Shown here: piece after piece, positions 1 to 10,696 of the stretch
Layout of the letters: every line of letters starts with the position of its first letter
Numbering within the stretch: the first letter of the stretch is position 1
Source: Candidatus Campbellbacteria bacterium
GTDB taxonomy: Bacteria > Patescibacteriota > Minisyncoccia > Phycocordibacterales > EsbW-18
Length of the DNA stretch: 64,000 nt
Assembly: GCA_045863475.1 (NCBI GenBank)
Contig: BTUR01000003.1
Coordinates: forward strand, 8,647 to 72,646
Direction: 5' to 3'
Notes under the pieces: generated by a model
Told to the model about the DNA's origin: nothing
Databases searched by the model: none
What the model saw: the letters and a program-made list of their open reading frames with translations, nothing else
Translations under genes and position numbers: made by a program

Positions 1-118
1 AACCTAATCAACCGGATATCAACCGTTTGAATATTCATGGGTGTATTGTAGCGCGGGGCACGTGTCGTATACTAGTGGTGTGGTGTTTATAATTCGTTAA
101 TCGTTTTTTCACAAAACT

Positions 119-769
119 ATGCATCTATCAATCAAAGAGATGTTTCGTGCATCCTGGGCGACGTTCAAGAAAAACGCTTGGATGTTCGTTGGTGCGACCG
201 CAGTCGTCGGCGTAGCCTCGGTCGTGTTGGACTCATTGTCTGACAACACAGACGGTCTTATCGAAGCTATCATCAGCGTGTTCACTGCAGTAACGCTTTG
301 GTGGCTGTACATGGGCTTCTTGCGCATGGCGCTGACCGCGTACGCCGGCGGCATGCTCAAATTTGAGATGTTGTTCTCAGGCCGCTGGCCGATGCTTTTG
401 CAGTTTGCAATCGCATCACTGCTTACCGGTATTATCGTTGCAATCGGTATCGTACTCCTCATTGTTCCGGGCATCATTGCGCAAATGGGTCTCCTGTTCG
501 CCGCGCTCTTTGTTGTTGATAAAGGGATGAAGGGTATTGATGCCATGAAGGCCAGCTGGAAGCTGACGAAGGGACACCGATGGAATCTGTTTCTCGCATT
601 CCTCGTTCTTATTCTTTTCAACGTTGCCGGTGCACTCGCATTTGGTGTCGGCTTACTCGTTACCGTGCCCATGTCGCTTGTTGCACTTGTGTACTTGTAC
701 CGAGAGTTGGACCGGGGTATTCAGCCGCAGGTCGTGTCTGCTGCACCCGCAGCTGCACCGCAGGCATAA
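119..769 (+). CDS. Integral membrane protein (DUF975/GDPD membrane-domain-like)
   Basis: 216 aa, several TM segments, 'AMKASWKLTKGHRW' motif typical of this family; followed by a terminator. Confidence 0.7.
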   Translation: MHLSIKEMFRASWATFKKNAWMFVGATAVVGVASVVLDSLSDNTDGLIEAIISVFTAVTLWWLYMGFLRMALTAYAGGMLKFEMLFSGRWPMLLQFAIASLLTGIIVAIGIVLLIVPGIIAQMGLLFAALFVVDKGMKGIDAMKASWKLTKGHRWNLFLAFLVLILFNVAGALAFGVGLLVTVPMSLVALVYLYRELDRGIQPQVVSAAPAAAPQA

Positions 770-789
770 GGTAGACATACAACGAATGA

Positions 790-826
790 AAAAATTCTCC
801 GCACCGTTTCGTCGCGGAGAATTTTA
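790..826 (+). terminator. Intrinsic terminator
   Basis: AAAATTCTCCGC...GCGGAGAATTTT hairpin after the CDS. Confidence 0.6.
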
Positions 827-893
827 GTTCATCAGGTATCTTCCAAAAGAGCAGTTTTTTGGGTAGTATAGTGCTGTCCGATCGCCGGACGGC

Positions 894-966
894 GCCGATG
901 TAGCTCAGTTGGTAGAGCACGTCCATGGTAAGGACGGGGTCGCCGGTTCAATCCCGGCCATCGGCT
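894..966 (+). tRNA. tRNA-Thr(GGT)
   Basis: Cloverleaf GCCGATG...CATCGGC; anticodon arm CGTCC-ATGGTAA-GGACG; T-loop GGTTCAATCC. Confidence 0.95.
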
Positions 967-1111
967 CAAGGTTTTCCCTCACCGGCCGGGATTGAACGGC
1001 GAAGGGGGTCGGGGAAACTGTAAGTTTCCCCGTGGAGGAAGGCAGATTGCCGAAGGCAATCGTCGGAAAACCGTGGGTTTCCGAGGTTGTGAAATCCCGG
1101 CCATCGGCTCA
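967..1111 (+). repeat. tRNA-Thr trailer: antisense T-arm copy, hairpins, direct copy of tRNA 3' end
   Basis: GGCCGGGATTGAAC (984-997) is the reverse complement of 946-959; AATCCCGGCCATCGGCTCA at 950-968 and 1093-1111. Confidence 0.85.
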
Positions 1112-1115
1112 GGTC

Positions 1116-1188
1116 GCCACCTTAGCTCAGTTGGTAGAGCACGGCTTTCGTAAAGCCGGGGTCCCGAGTTCGAATCTCGGAGGTGGCT
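1116..1188 (+). tRNA. tRNA-Thr(CGT)
   Basis: GCCACCT...AGGTGGC; anticodon arm CGGCT-TTCGTAA-AGCCG. Confidence 0.95.
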
Positions 1189-1339
1189 CAGAAATTGACG
1201 CGCCCGAAAATCACATATACTATTGCCGCGCCACCAGAACAGCGATCGCCCATTGGGCACGCCAGGCTAGTACCCGAGGGTTCGCCCGACGACGGGAATG
1301 CCGCGTTCTGGTGGCTTTTTCGTCTGGTATACTTGAGTC

Positions 1340-2236
1340 GTGGAAAAGGCAGATATTGAGAAAAAAATCGCGCAATTGGAGGCGGTGATGGGAATGCCGG
1401 ACTTCTGGAACGACAAAGAAAGCGCACAGCAGGTCATCCGCGAATATCAAGAACTCAAATTGCAGTCGGAAGGGAAAGAGCGGCACGATTTGGGCAATGC
1501 CATCGTGACCATCTTTGCAGGCGCGGGCGGCACCGACGCCGAGGACTTTGCGCGCATGCTCACGCAAATGTACTTCGCGTATCTCTCGCGTAAGGGTTGG
1601 GAGTACGACATTCGTCATCAAAACGAAAACGACCACGGTGGTGTGAGAAATATCACGTTTGAAGTAGAGGGGAAGGGTGCGTACGGCGAACTGCGACATG
1701 AAGAAGGCGTGCACCGGCTCGTGCGCATCTCACCGTTTAATGCCAACGACCAGCGACACACGTCCTTTGTCATGGTTGAGGTACTGCCGAAGCTTGAAGA
1801 GAAAGGAGAGGTGGAGATTCCGGAAACCGACCTGGATATTCAGTTCGCGCGCTCCAGTGGTCCAGGCGGACAAAACGTCAATAAGCGCGAAACTGCCGTA
1901 CGAATCGTTCACAAACCGACGGGTCTTGCCGCGCACGCGGCAACACAGCGCAGTCAGGCGCAAAATCGCGCATATGCGCTGGAGATTTTGCGCGGAAAGT
2001 TGTATCATAGGCAGCAGGAAGAGAAGTTGCGCGCCGCGCGTGGCATCTCTATTTCAGCGACGACGGACGCGGAGTGGGGAAATCAGATTCGGTCATACGT
2101 CCTGCATCCCTACAAAATGGTAAAAGACCATCGGACGGATGTGGAAGTTCGTGATGTCGACGCGGTGCTCAAAGACGGAGACCTGGACGTCTTCATCGAG
2201 GCACACAAGAAACTCGCAACAGAAGACACTCAATAG
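1340..2236 (+). CDS. prfB: Peptide chain release factor 2 (short form, no frameshift seen)
   Basis: PDFWND, GAGG, RISPF (SPF), GPGGQNVNK and WGNQIRSY motifs. Confidence 0.92.
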   Translation: MEKADIEKKIAQLEAVMGMPDFWNDKESAQQVIREYQELKLQSEGKERHDLGNAIVTIFAGAGGTDAEDFARMLTQMYFAYLSRKGWEYDIRHQNENDHGGVRNITFEVEGKGAYGELRHEEGVHRLVRISPFNANDQRHTSFVMVEVLPKLEEKGEVEIPETDLDIQFARSSGPGGQNVNKRETAVRIVHKPTGLAAHAATQRSQAQNRAYALEILRGKLYHRQQEEKLRAARGISISATTDAEWGNQIRSYVLHPYKMVKDHRTDVEVRDVDAVLKDGDLDVFIEAHKKLATEDTQ

Positions 2237-2240
2237 CACG

Positions 2241-2927
2241 ATGCACATGATTTCATTCGACAACGTCAGCAAGATATATTCAGACGACTCGAGGGCGCTT
2301 GAAGAGGTTACCTTTTCAATCGATCCGGGCGAGTTTGTATCCATCGTCGGTCACTCCGGTGCCGGTAAGACAACACTCCTGAAACTGCTCCTTATCGAAG
2401 AGCGACCGACATCCGGCTCGGTATTTTTGGGCGAGACCGATATCCACTCGCTCTCGCGTCGCGAAATAAGCGATTTGCGCCGCCGCATCGGTATGATTTT
2501 CCAGGATTTCAGACTGCTTCCGCAGAAGACCGCGTTTGAAAACATTGCGTTTGCCATGGAGGCGGCCGGTCGTGATGATGCGGACATTGAAAGCGATGTG
2601 CCGTACGCACTTGAACTCGTGGGACTCTTGGACAAAGCGTGGAAGTTTCCGCACCAAATGTCCGGCGGAGAAAAACAGCGCTTGGCTATCGCGCGCGCCA
2701 TCGTCAATCAGCCCGATGTGCTCGTTGCCGACGAACCGACAGGAAACCTCGATCCGCTCAACACGTACGAAGTCATTCAGATTCTTAAAAAAATTAACGA
2801 CCTCGGCACGACGGTGCTGCTCACGACGCACAACAAAGGCGTTATTGATAGCTTGGGCAAGCGCGTCATCACGATGGATAAGGGTCGCATCACGCGCGAC
2901 GACAAGGAGGGTCGTTACGTCATTTAA
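2241..2927 (+). CDS. ftsE: Cell division ATP-binding protein FtsE
   Basis: GHSGAGKTT, FQDFRLL, MSGGE, ADEPTGNLD; prfB-ftsE-ftsX synteny; start 2241 or 2247. Confidence 0.92.
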   Translation: MHMISFDNVSKIYSDDSRALEEVTFSIDPGEFVSIVGHSGAGKTTLLKLLLIEERPTSGSVFLGETDIHSLSRREISDLRRRIGMIFQDFRLLPQKTAFENIAFAMEAAGRDDADIESDVPYALELVGLLDKAWKFPHQMSGGEKQRLAIARAIVNQPDVLVADEPTGNLDPLNTYEVIQILKKINDLGTTVLLTTHNKGVIDSLGKRVITMDKGRITRDDKEGRYVI

Positions 2928-2936
2928 TACATCACT

Positions 2937-3863
2937 ATGTTGTGGACCAAAGTAAAACGAGTAACGAAGGCGGGGTTTGTGAATTTTTGGCGCAACGGCT
3001 TCGTGTCGTTTGCGTCAGTGCTCATCATGGTGGTGACACTCTTTACGCTCGGTGCGGTCGTATTCCTTGGCGCAGTGCTTGAGTCCTCGCTCTTACAGCT
3101 TCAGAATAAGGTGGACATCAACGTCTACTTCATGACGGATGCTCCTGAAAGCGATATTTTGAGCCTTAAAACGTCACTAGAAGCCCTTCCGGAGGTTTCT
3201 TCGGTTGAGTACATCACACGTGAAGACGCGTTGGCAGACTTCCGCGAGCGCCACGCCGACGACCAGACCATTTTAGGCGCGCTTGAGGAGCTTGATGACA
3301 ACCCGCTTGGTGCGGTCTTCAATATCAAAGCGCGGGAGACGTCCCAGTACGAAGCGGTCGCGGCGTTTCTTGAAAGCGACGCGGCGCTCGGCGCGGGAGC
3401 CCAACCCATCATTCAGAAAATCAACTACTACGACAACAAGGTGGTCATTGAAAAACTCTCCGACATCATCAATTCAACCGAGCGTCTCGGTTTCGCGCTT
3501 TCACTCGTACTCATCTTCCTTTCCCTTATCATCACGTTCAACACCATCCGGCTCGCGATTTACACCGCGCGCGAAGAAATTTCGGTCATGCGACTCGTCG
3601 GTGCATCCAATCGCTATGTGCGCGCACCGTTCGTTGTTGAGGGTGTCATGTACGGTATTGCCGCGGCAGTTGTCGTACTTATCCTTTTTTACCCGTTGAC
3701 GTTGTGGGTGGGACCAATGACCGAGCGTTTCTTCGGTTCCATCAATGTGTTTGACTACTACCTTGAACATTTCGGGCAGATGTTCCTCATTATCTTCTTG
3801 TCAGGCATCGTGCTCGGCGCCGTTTCCAGCTACCTGGCGGTTCGTCGGTACCTAAAAGTGTAG
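2937..3863 (+). CDS. ftsX: Cell division permease FtsX
   Basis: NTIRLAIYTAREEISVMRLVGAS...PFVVEG motif; 4 TM. Confidence 0.92.
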   Translation: MLWTKVKRVTKAGFVNFWRNGFVSFASVLIMVVTLFTLGAVVFLGAVLESSLLQLQNKVDINVYFMTDAPESDILSLKTSLEALPEVSSVEYITREDALADFRERHADDQTILGALEELDDNPLGAVFNIKARETSQYEAVAAFLESDAALGAGAQPIIQKINYYDNKVVIEKLSDIINSTERLGFALSLVLIFLSLIITFNTIRLAIYTAREEISVMRLVGASNRYVRAPFVVEGVMYGIAAAVVVLILFYPLTLWVGPMTERFFGSINVFDYYLEHFGQMFLIIFLSGIVLGAVSSYLAVRRYLKV

Positions 3864-3873
3864 ACGTCGTTGT

Positions 3874-4092
3874 ATGGAGCCACGAAGGAACATCCTCAGA
3901 TACTTCGCAAAGGATCTCTCCATCGTCGTGGGACTTGTGCTCGTGTGGCGCGGCATTTGGTACGTACTTGATGGCATTGACCTCGTGTTCTTCGGCGGAC
4001 ACCACGCTGAAATTGCACTCATCTCCATTGTCATTGGTCTGCTCGTGCTGTATCTCCCTGACCACGACCTCAAAGAAATCGAGAAGCTCTAG
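3874..4092 (+). CDS. Small membrane protein
   Basis: 72 aa, two TM helices, 'WRGIW' motif. Confidence 0.6.
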   Translation: MEPRRNILRYFAKDLSIVVGLVLVWRGIWYVLDGIDLVFFGGHHAEIALISIVIGLLVLYLPDHDLKEIEKL

Positions 4093-4640
4093 GATATCTT
4101 TTGCAGCACGGCCTCAACCTGTTCGTGGAGTTCCGGCATTGTGCCGTTATTTAAAATATTGAAATCTGCGAACGCAATCGGTCCCCCTTTCTCGATTTTT
4201 TCTATTTCCTCGATATCTCGAGCCGCAGCTTCTTCTTGTGTAAAGGGGCGGACGGGACGGTTTCTTAAGCGTGTGTAACGGATAGCTCTGTCAGAACAAA
4301 CAGCCAACACAAAGACGCGCTTCGGAAACTCTTTATTGAGCAGTGCCAGTTCGCTCCAGCTGTAGAGTCCGTCAAGTATTACGGTATTCGTTGCCAGAAG
4401 TTCTTTGATTACGGGAAGTGAGAGTACGGCAACCCCCGCCATCCCATGCTGTGCGCGCAACTCTTTTCGAACAAGACTCTCATTCTCGGCATTCCGCTCT
4501 AAACCCCTTCGCTCCACCTCTTGTATTATTTGTCCGCCGAAATACACGCTCGGAAACCCCCTTTCTCCAAGATATTTGACCACTTCTCCTTTTCCGGATC
4601 CTGGCATACCGACTATGGCAATGATTTTATTTGTATTCAT
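4089..4640 (-). CDS. P-loop kinase (dephospho-CoA kinase/UPF0200-like)
   Basis: N-terminal GMPGSGKG; RDIEE and ADFNILN motifs. Confidence 0.75.
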   Translation of the reverse strand: MNTNKIIAIVGMPGSGKGEVVKYLGERGFPSVYFGGQIIQEVERRGLERNAENESLVRKELRAQHGMAGVAVLSLPVIKELLATNTVILDGLYSWSELALLNKEFPKRVFVLAVCSDRAIRYTRLRNRPVRPFTQEEAAARDIEEIEKIEKGGPIAFADFNILNNGTMPELHEQVEAVLQKIS

Positions 4641-4654
4641 ACGTGCTATGTATT

Positions 4655-5842
<1,188 letters not shown>

Positions 5843-5912
5843 AGTACGGTCAGTGTACGCCCTCCCAAGCCAGTTTTCTAGTTCCTCAATCTTATTTACC
5901 TATTCGCGCGAA

Positions 5913-7295
5913 TTAGATTCTGCCGCGTATTTCAAATTCAGGTTCAATGTCCACGGGGATGTTCGATAATCCCGCTAACACCGGCTCAAACTCCTCGATT
6001 TTCTTTCCCCATACGTTCACAAATTCAGCTGCTCTTGTGTAGTCCTTTGAAAGCGCAAGTTGTGCGAATGCATCTCCGAGAGATTCCTCTGATGCGCGAA
6101 TTTTCTCCTCGTCAAGAATGAACTTGCCATTCTTAAGCATCAGTCCGCCGTGGGAGAGTAGCCAGCGGTATTGGATAATGGTGCCGATGGCGTGGGCCTC
6201 TTCTTGTCCGAAACGAATCTGACGAAGACCGTCAATTACTTTTGCAATAGCTGCGGCGCGTGCGGTTTCTTGCGGAATGTGTCCACGGTCAGCGAGCCAG
6301 TAGAGAAAGAGCAGGCCGAAGACGTCAGCTTTTCCTTCCTCGAGACCGTGCCCGAGCTCGCGAAGTCCGTCTTTGCAGTAGAGTCCGAGTCCGTGCGCAA
6401 GCTCATGCCCAATGATAAAGAGTGTGTAATCGTCGGCAGAGAATGAGTTAGCAACCTCAGGGGACACGACGAGTTGTGCAATAGGCAGGGTAATGGTTTG
6501 AAACTTTGCGCGGATAATATTGCGCAAGAACACCTGTTTGCTTCCCGCGCGAATTTTTATTTCGGTATCGTTCGGAAGATTGTATGCCATGGGGGTGTAG
6601 CCGGCTTTCGAGTGACCGCCTGCGGCAACCTCGTCAACAATGAGCATGGTACGTGTGCTACTGCCCGGTGTGTAGCCGTATTTCTGTGCAAGCTCATTGT
6701 CGAACTCCCCGGCCCATTTTTGATAGTCAGCAAGACGTGCGTTTTCTTCCTTGAGCACTGTGCTGATTACAATCTCAAAACTTCGTTTTTTGCCCCAAAT
6801 CATGTCCTCGTATTCCTCGTACGGACCAATGGTCAGTTCGATGGGTGCCTCGGAAAGTGGTATCCAAAGCAAATCTCCCGGTGTAAAGTCGTTGTTCTCA
6901 AAATCACTTGCACGGGTCTCAATGAACGTCTTAAGGTTTGGGTGCGAAATTTTTTGTGCTGCCACACGAAGCCCGGCCGAAATTTCCATGAGTTCCCTCT
7001 TATATTCCTCCGAATAGGGAATAGCAGTTAATTGTTCTCCATTTTTACGTACGACAGTAAAATGACTTTCAAGAACGTCTCTTTTCTCCGGATGCTCTAC
7101 AAGATACTTTTCGAACTCTCGTGCGGTGAGCCCATCAGGATAAAACGTTTGCACACCTGCACGTGGTACCTGTTTTCGGTATAGCGCATCAACAAGTGGC
7201 ACAACTCTTTTGAGTTCCTCAAGGGCCTGCTGGTTCTCTGTGGATAGGTCAGAAATGTCCGCGGGAACCGTTATTTTTGTTCGTCGGTGTGTCAT
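5913..7295 (-). CDS. M49-like zinc peptidase (DPP-III family)
   Basis: IGPYEEYED, AYNLPND, GSKQV, HELAHGLG, EEGKAD. Confidence 0.8.
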   Translation of the reverse strand: MTHRRTKITVPADISDLSTENQQALEELKRVVPLVDALYRKQVPRAGVQTFYPDGLTAREFEKYLVEHPEKRDVLESHFTVVRKNGEQLTAIPYSEEYKRELMEISAGLRVAAQKISHPNLKTFIETRASDFENNDFTPGDLLWIPLSEAPIELTIGPYEEYEDMIWGKKRSFEIVISTVLKEENARLADYQKWAGEFDNELAQKYGYTPGSSTRTMLIVDEVAAGGHSKAGYTPMAYNLPNDTEIKIRAGSKQVFLRNIIRAKFQTITLPIAQLVVSPEVANSFSADDYTLFIIGHELAHGLGLYCKDGLRELGHGLEEGKADVFGLLFLYWLADRGHIPQETARAAAIAKVIDGLRQIRFGQEEAHAIGTIIQYRWLLSHGGLMLKNGKFILDEEKIRASEESLGDAFAQLALSKDYTRAAEFVNVWGKKIEEFEPVLAGLSNIPVDIEPEFEIRGRI

Positions 7296-7468
7296 TGGGT
7301 CATTTTCTTAAACTCCTCTAATGTCTCGGGGATCTCGGTAAAACCGTCGTCTGCGGTGATATGACCGCCGTTGTGCATGACGATAATTTCTGCACCAACG
7401 TCTGTAAAGTTCTTTTTGTTGATTTCGAATGCATTGTAGGGGTCGTTGCGCGATGCAAGCGGTTCCAT
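7292..7468 (-). pseudogene. 58-aa chimera: RarA-like first 7 codons fused to an RBBP9/YdeN-type hydrolase C-terminus
   Basis: Hand translation MEPLASRNDPYNAFEINKKNFTDVGAEIIVMHNGGHITADDGFTEIPETLEEFKKMTQ. Confidence 0.6.
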
Positions 7469-7471
7469 TGG

Positions 7472-8026
7472 TTATTTCTTCTTTTTCTTCTTTAGAATGC
7501 GTTTTTTAAATTCAGAAAAGGTCATGAGGGTTTTCATGTCTTTCATGCGGTCTACGTAGACAACACCGTTGAGGTGGTCAATTTCATGTTGAAAGATGCG
7601 TGCCCACAGACCCGAAGCTTTCTCGGTAATTCTTTTTCCTTGTTCATTCGTGTACGAAACGGTTATTGACTCTGAGCGGGGAACGGAGCCACGTACTCCT
7701 TTTAGACTCAAACAACCTTCCCAATCAGGAACCTTTTTGTTTGAAAAACGTGTGATTTTTGGATTGACAATAACAATCGGTCCTTTGTGGGGCAATTTCG
7801 GTCGTGTTGGAGTCGGATGCATTTCCATGACAGCGATTGCAAGCGACACATCGATTTGTGGTGCGGCGAGTCCAACACCTCCGACCCGTCGCATCGTATA
7901 AATCATGCGCTGAATAAGGTCTTTGAATTTTCTTGTTTTTAAAAATCCAGGAGATACGCGCTTGGCCTTTTTACGTAGAACAGGGTTCCCAAACTCTGTT
8001 CTCGGAAGAACGTGTTTTTTAGGCAT
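7472..8026 (-). CDS. def: Peptide deformylase
   Basis: GVGLAAPQI, EGCLS, QHEIDHLNG. Confidence 0.95.
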   Translation of the reverse strand: MPKKHVLPRTEFGNPVLRKKAKRVSPGFLKTRKFKDLIQRMIYTMRRVGGVGLAAPQIDVSLAIAVMEMHPTPTRPKLPHKGPIVIVNPKITRFSNKKVPDWEGCLSLKGVRGSVPRSESITVSYTNEQGKRITEKASGLWARIFQHEIDHLNGVVYVDRMKDMKTLMTFSEFKKRILKKKKKK

Positions 8027-8111
8027 ATTGGAAAGAATACGCCTGTTTTGGAGAGTCGGAAAGGGATTGAAAAAGGGTCCAAAATGGCGTAAAATGCGCT
8101 CCGTACGACGC

Positions 8112-8182
8112 TGCCGGATCATCTAATGGTAGGATACATGACTCTGAATCATGTCATCTAGGTTCGAATCCTAGTCCGGCAA
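8112..8182 (+). tRNA. tRNA-Gln(CTG), integration site
   Basis: TGCCGGA...TCCGGCA; anticodon arm CATGA-CTCTGAA-TCATG. Confidence 0.95.
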
Positions 8183-9637
8183 CAAAGTTGAAATTTCTCG
8201 ATTTGGGGCACCTTTTGCAATAATCGAAAAGGGCTTTTTATATTGTAAATTAACAATTTCTTTATCTTTAAAGTAAACGTTCCAAAGTAGAGAATTCAGT
8301 ATCTTGTATTTTTTCTCATCACTACCATCCAAAAATGTTTTCGTGGCTCTACTGCTTTCTAAAAAGATTTTCTTGGTCTGTTCCAAAGTATCTTTACGAG
8401 ACCGTGCTTTATCTTCAAGATCACTAAGCTGGCTATCAATCTCAACCCTACGATTGCCTGAGACACTCATTTTTGACCTATAAAGCTCGTCTGTGATTAT
8501 TCCCGAGGCGAATCCATCAGTCAGCCGGGACTCACGCTCTAGGAGCATTTTAAGCTCCTCTCGAAGGGCGTCGATGGCTAGATCACGTCTTTCAGAGTCT
8601 ATACCTATTTTTTCTCGAGCAGACTGGTACATGATTTCAATTAAATCTTCGTCGAAGTAAAGAGTCTCGAGTTCATGCCCTAATTTTTTAACGATGTCCT
8701 CCTCACGCATGTACAATGACTTCTGAGAACAATTTCCCTTACCGTTCGTACAGTAGTAATAACGATGACCTTTCTTCAAAGATGCAGTGAGCATACATCC
8801 ACATTCATGGCATCTCATTGGACCACGAAGTGGGAAGAAGAGCGTTTGTCTTTTAGGGCGAGACGTTCCATTTAGAACTTCCTGTGCCCGATTAAAGAGA
8901 TCTTTTGTAATTATGGGTTCATGGGCACCTTGATAAAATTCACCATCACGTTCCATCATTCCGTAATAGAAAGGATTTACGATTACTCGATGAACAACTG
9001 AGCGAAACACCTTTCCTCCGGATGGAGTTCGAAGCCCCTCTGAAAAAAGAATGTTGGCAATGTCTCTAAAAGATTTTGTACCTGTTGCATATAACTCAAA
9101 CATCCTGGTAATCCAGTGAACCATCGTTGGGTTAATAACGACAGACTTTGTAGAAGGATTATTTAGGTAGCCATATGGTGCACGATTTGGCCACTCGCCA
9201 CGTTCTAACTTTGCTCTATTTCCACGCTTAACATTTGTGCTTAAATCTCTGACATATTGATTTGCCATTCCAAGCTCTACAGCCATCATGAGAACATTGT
9301 CTGTCGGGTAGTAATCTCTTTCAAAAGTTTTTATGTGTTTGATGGTGTTTTGTTGTAGCAACCAACTCACGCTTCCACCGTCCATAGGGTTTCTTGCAAG
9401 ACGATCAAGTTTCCAACAAAGAATACCGTCCGCTTTTCCATTAGAAAGTAACCCCATCATTTCATTAAAGTAGGGGCGACCGGGTGCTTTTGCAGACATA
9501 CTCTCCTTAAACGTTCGCACAATTTGAATCTGTTCCTTCTCAGCAACACGAAGAAGTTCTGATTCTTGAGAATCAAGCGACATTATTTGGCGGTCTTCTG
9601 ATTCGGATGATTTTCTACAGTAAAGAATATATCGCAT
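8171..9637 (-). CDS. Large serine recombinase (resolvase + recombinase + Zn ribbon + coiled coil)
   Basis: YCRKSS catalytic Ser, WKLDRLARN, APYGY, CHECG...YYYC; stop codon lies inside tRNA-Gln; alternative start 9658. Confidence 0.95.
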   Translation of the reverse strand: MRYILYCRKSSESEDRQIMSLDSQESELLRVAEKEQIQIVRTFKESMSAKAPGRPYFNEMMGLLSNGKADGILCWKLDRLARNPMDGGSVSWLLQQNTIKHIKTFERDYYPTDNVLMMAVELGMANQYVRDLSTNVKRGNRAKLERGEWPNRAPYGYLNNPSTKSVVINPTMVHWITRMFELYATGTKSFRDIANILFSEGLRTPSGGKVFRSVVHRVIVNPFYYGMMERDGEFYQGAHEPIITKDLFNRAQEVLNGTSRPKRQTLFFPLRGPMRCHECGCMLTASLKKGHRYYYCTNGKGNCSQKSLYMREEDIVKKLGHELETLYFDEDLIEIMYQSAREKIGIDSERRDLAIDALREELKMLLERESRLTDGFASGIITDELYRSKMSVSGNRRVEIDSQLSDLEDKARSRKDTLEQTKKIFLESSRATKTFLDGSDEKKYKILNSLLWNVYFKDKEIVNLQYKKPFSIIAKGAPNREISTLLPD

Positions 9638-9644
9638 ACTATAG

Positions 9645-10421
9645 TTAGCATACACCATCGTCTGGAATTTTGAAAAGACGGTGTCGACACTTTCCTAACC
9701 ACTGAGTTTCGTACTCCTGATCAAATTCGGCAGAAGTTTCTTGTACCTGATAGTCATCTAATATCGGCCAGATAGGATAAGTACCCGAGAGAAATCTTGG
9801 ACGGGCGATATTTCTGGAGGCAACATACGCCTTCTTATTCTTTAGTCTCGGATCAATAAATGCTTTTGACATATATTTTGCGAGATAAAAAGAAAGTCTA
9901 TTTGAACCATCTGTTTTCTTTAGGAAGACGTGACCTCTTTTCCAGGATCTTCTAAGTGAACGAGTTTTCCGTTCTTGTACGTATACTTCAGTGGGTAACC
10001 CCCAGAACAAAGCGTGGAAATGAACTGCTCCACGTTTTTGAAACTCCGGGACACAGATATACTTGAAATCTTTTCCGTATTTATATCGGAGAGATTGGAC
10101 AAAAGTCTTGTAATCTCTGTATCCGACGGCAATATCGGTTTCGTTCTCTTTATAGGTAAGAGTAACGAGTAAAGGAGATTGAGATCCTGACAGGTTGCAT
10201 GCCACAATCCTTCTAAAAGCCATATGTGCGCGTTTAGCATTATCCTGTCTTTTCCCCAACTGTTTTTTCGAAAGAGTATCTTGTCCATCAGCTCGAATAT
10301 CCTCACTTGCATGAGTACTGCCATGACTTCTACGGGATCGTCTGGGGATCGGCTTCGGCTCTTTTTCGAATTCAAAGAGTTCCAGGTTATTTCCGTAGAT
10401 GATAATTTTTTTGTATGCCAT
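9645..10421 (-). CDS. HUH rolling-circle replication initiator
   Basis: Motif I LVTLTY, motif II EFQKRGAVHFHAL, motif III YLAKYMSK. Confidence 0.88.
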   Translation of the reverse strand: MAYKKIIIYGNNLELFEFEKEPKPIPRRSRRSHGSTHASEDIRADGQDTLSKKQLGKRQDNAKRAHMAFRRIVACNLSGSQSPLLVTLTYKENETDIAVGYRDYKTFVQSLRYKYGKDFKYICVPEFQKRGAVHFHALFWGLPTEVYVQERKTRSLRRSWKRGHVFLKKTDGSNRLSFYLAKYMSKAFIDPRLKNKKAYVASRNIARPRFLSGTYPIWPILDDYQVQETSAEFDQEYETQWLGKCRHRLFKIPDDGVC

Positions 10422-10439
10422 TTTTTCATTTGTATTAAG

Positions 10440-10649
10440 TTAGTTAACTAGCAAGTCAGAAAGAGCCTGGTTCTCGCGCCCACGCACGCGCGGAGAACCA
10501 GGCTCTTCCTCTGCCAACGCCAAGAAAACAGAGCTCAAAACACCAGCATACTCACGAGCAGTATCGATTGAGATCGTTTTCGAGTATCGTTTGTTGAAAT
10601 AATCCTGAATTTTCAGAACTAGTTCTGTTGAATAAATAAACCTCTCCAT
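10440..10649 (-). CDS. Small hypothetical protein upstream of Rep
   Basis: 69-aa ORF co-directional with rep. Confidence 0.5.
   Translation of the reverse strand: MERFIYSTELVLKIQDYFNKRYSKTISIDTAREYAGVLSSVFLALAEEEPGSPRVRGRENQALSDLLVN
10461..10507. other. 15-bp-stem hairpin, candidate rolling-circle origin
   Basis: AAGAGCCTGGTTCTC...GAGAACCAGGCTCTT just upstream of rep. Confidence 0.5.
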
Positions 10650-10696
10650 ACAGGGGAGAGGTTAAAATTCTTATATTACGGTGATCTACCGTACAT

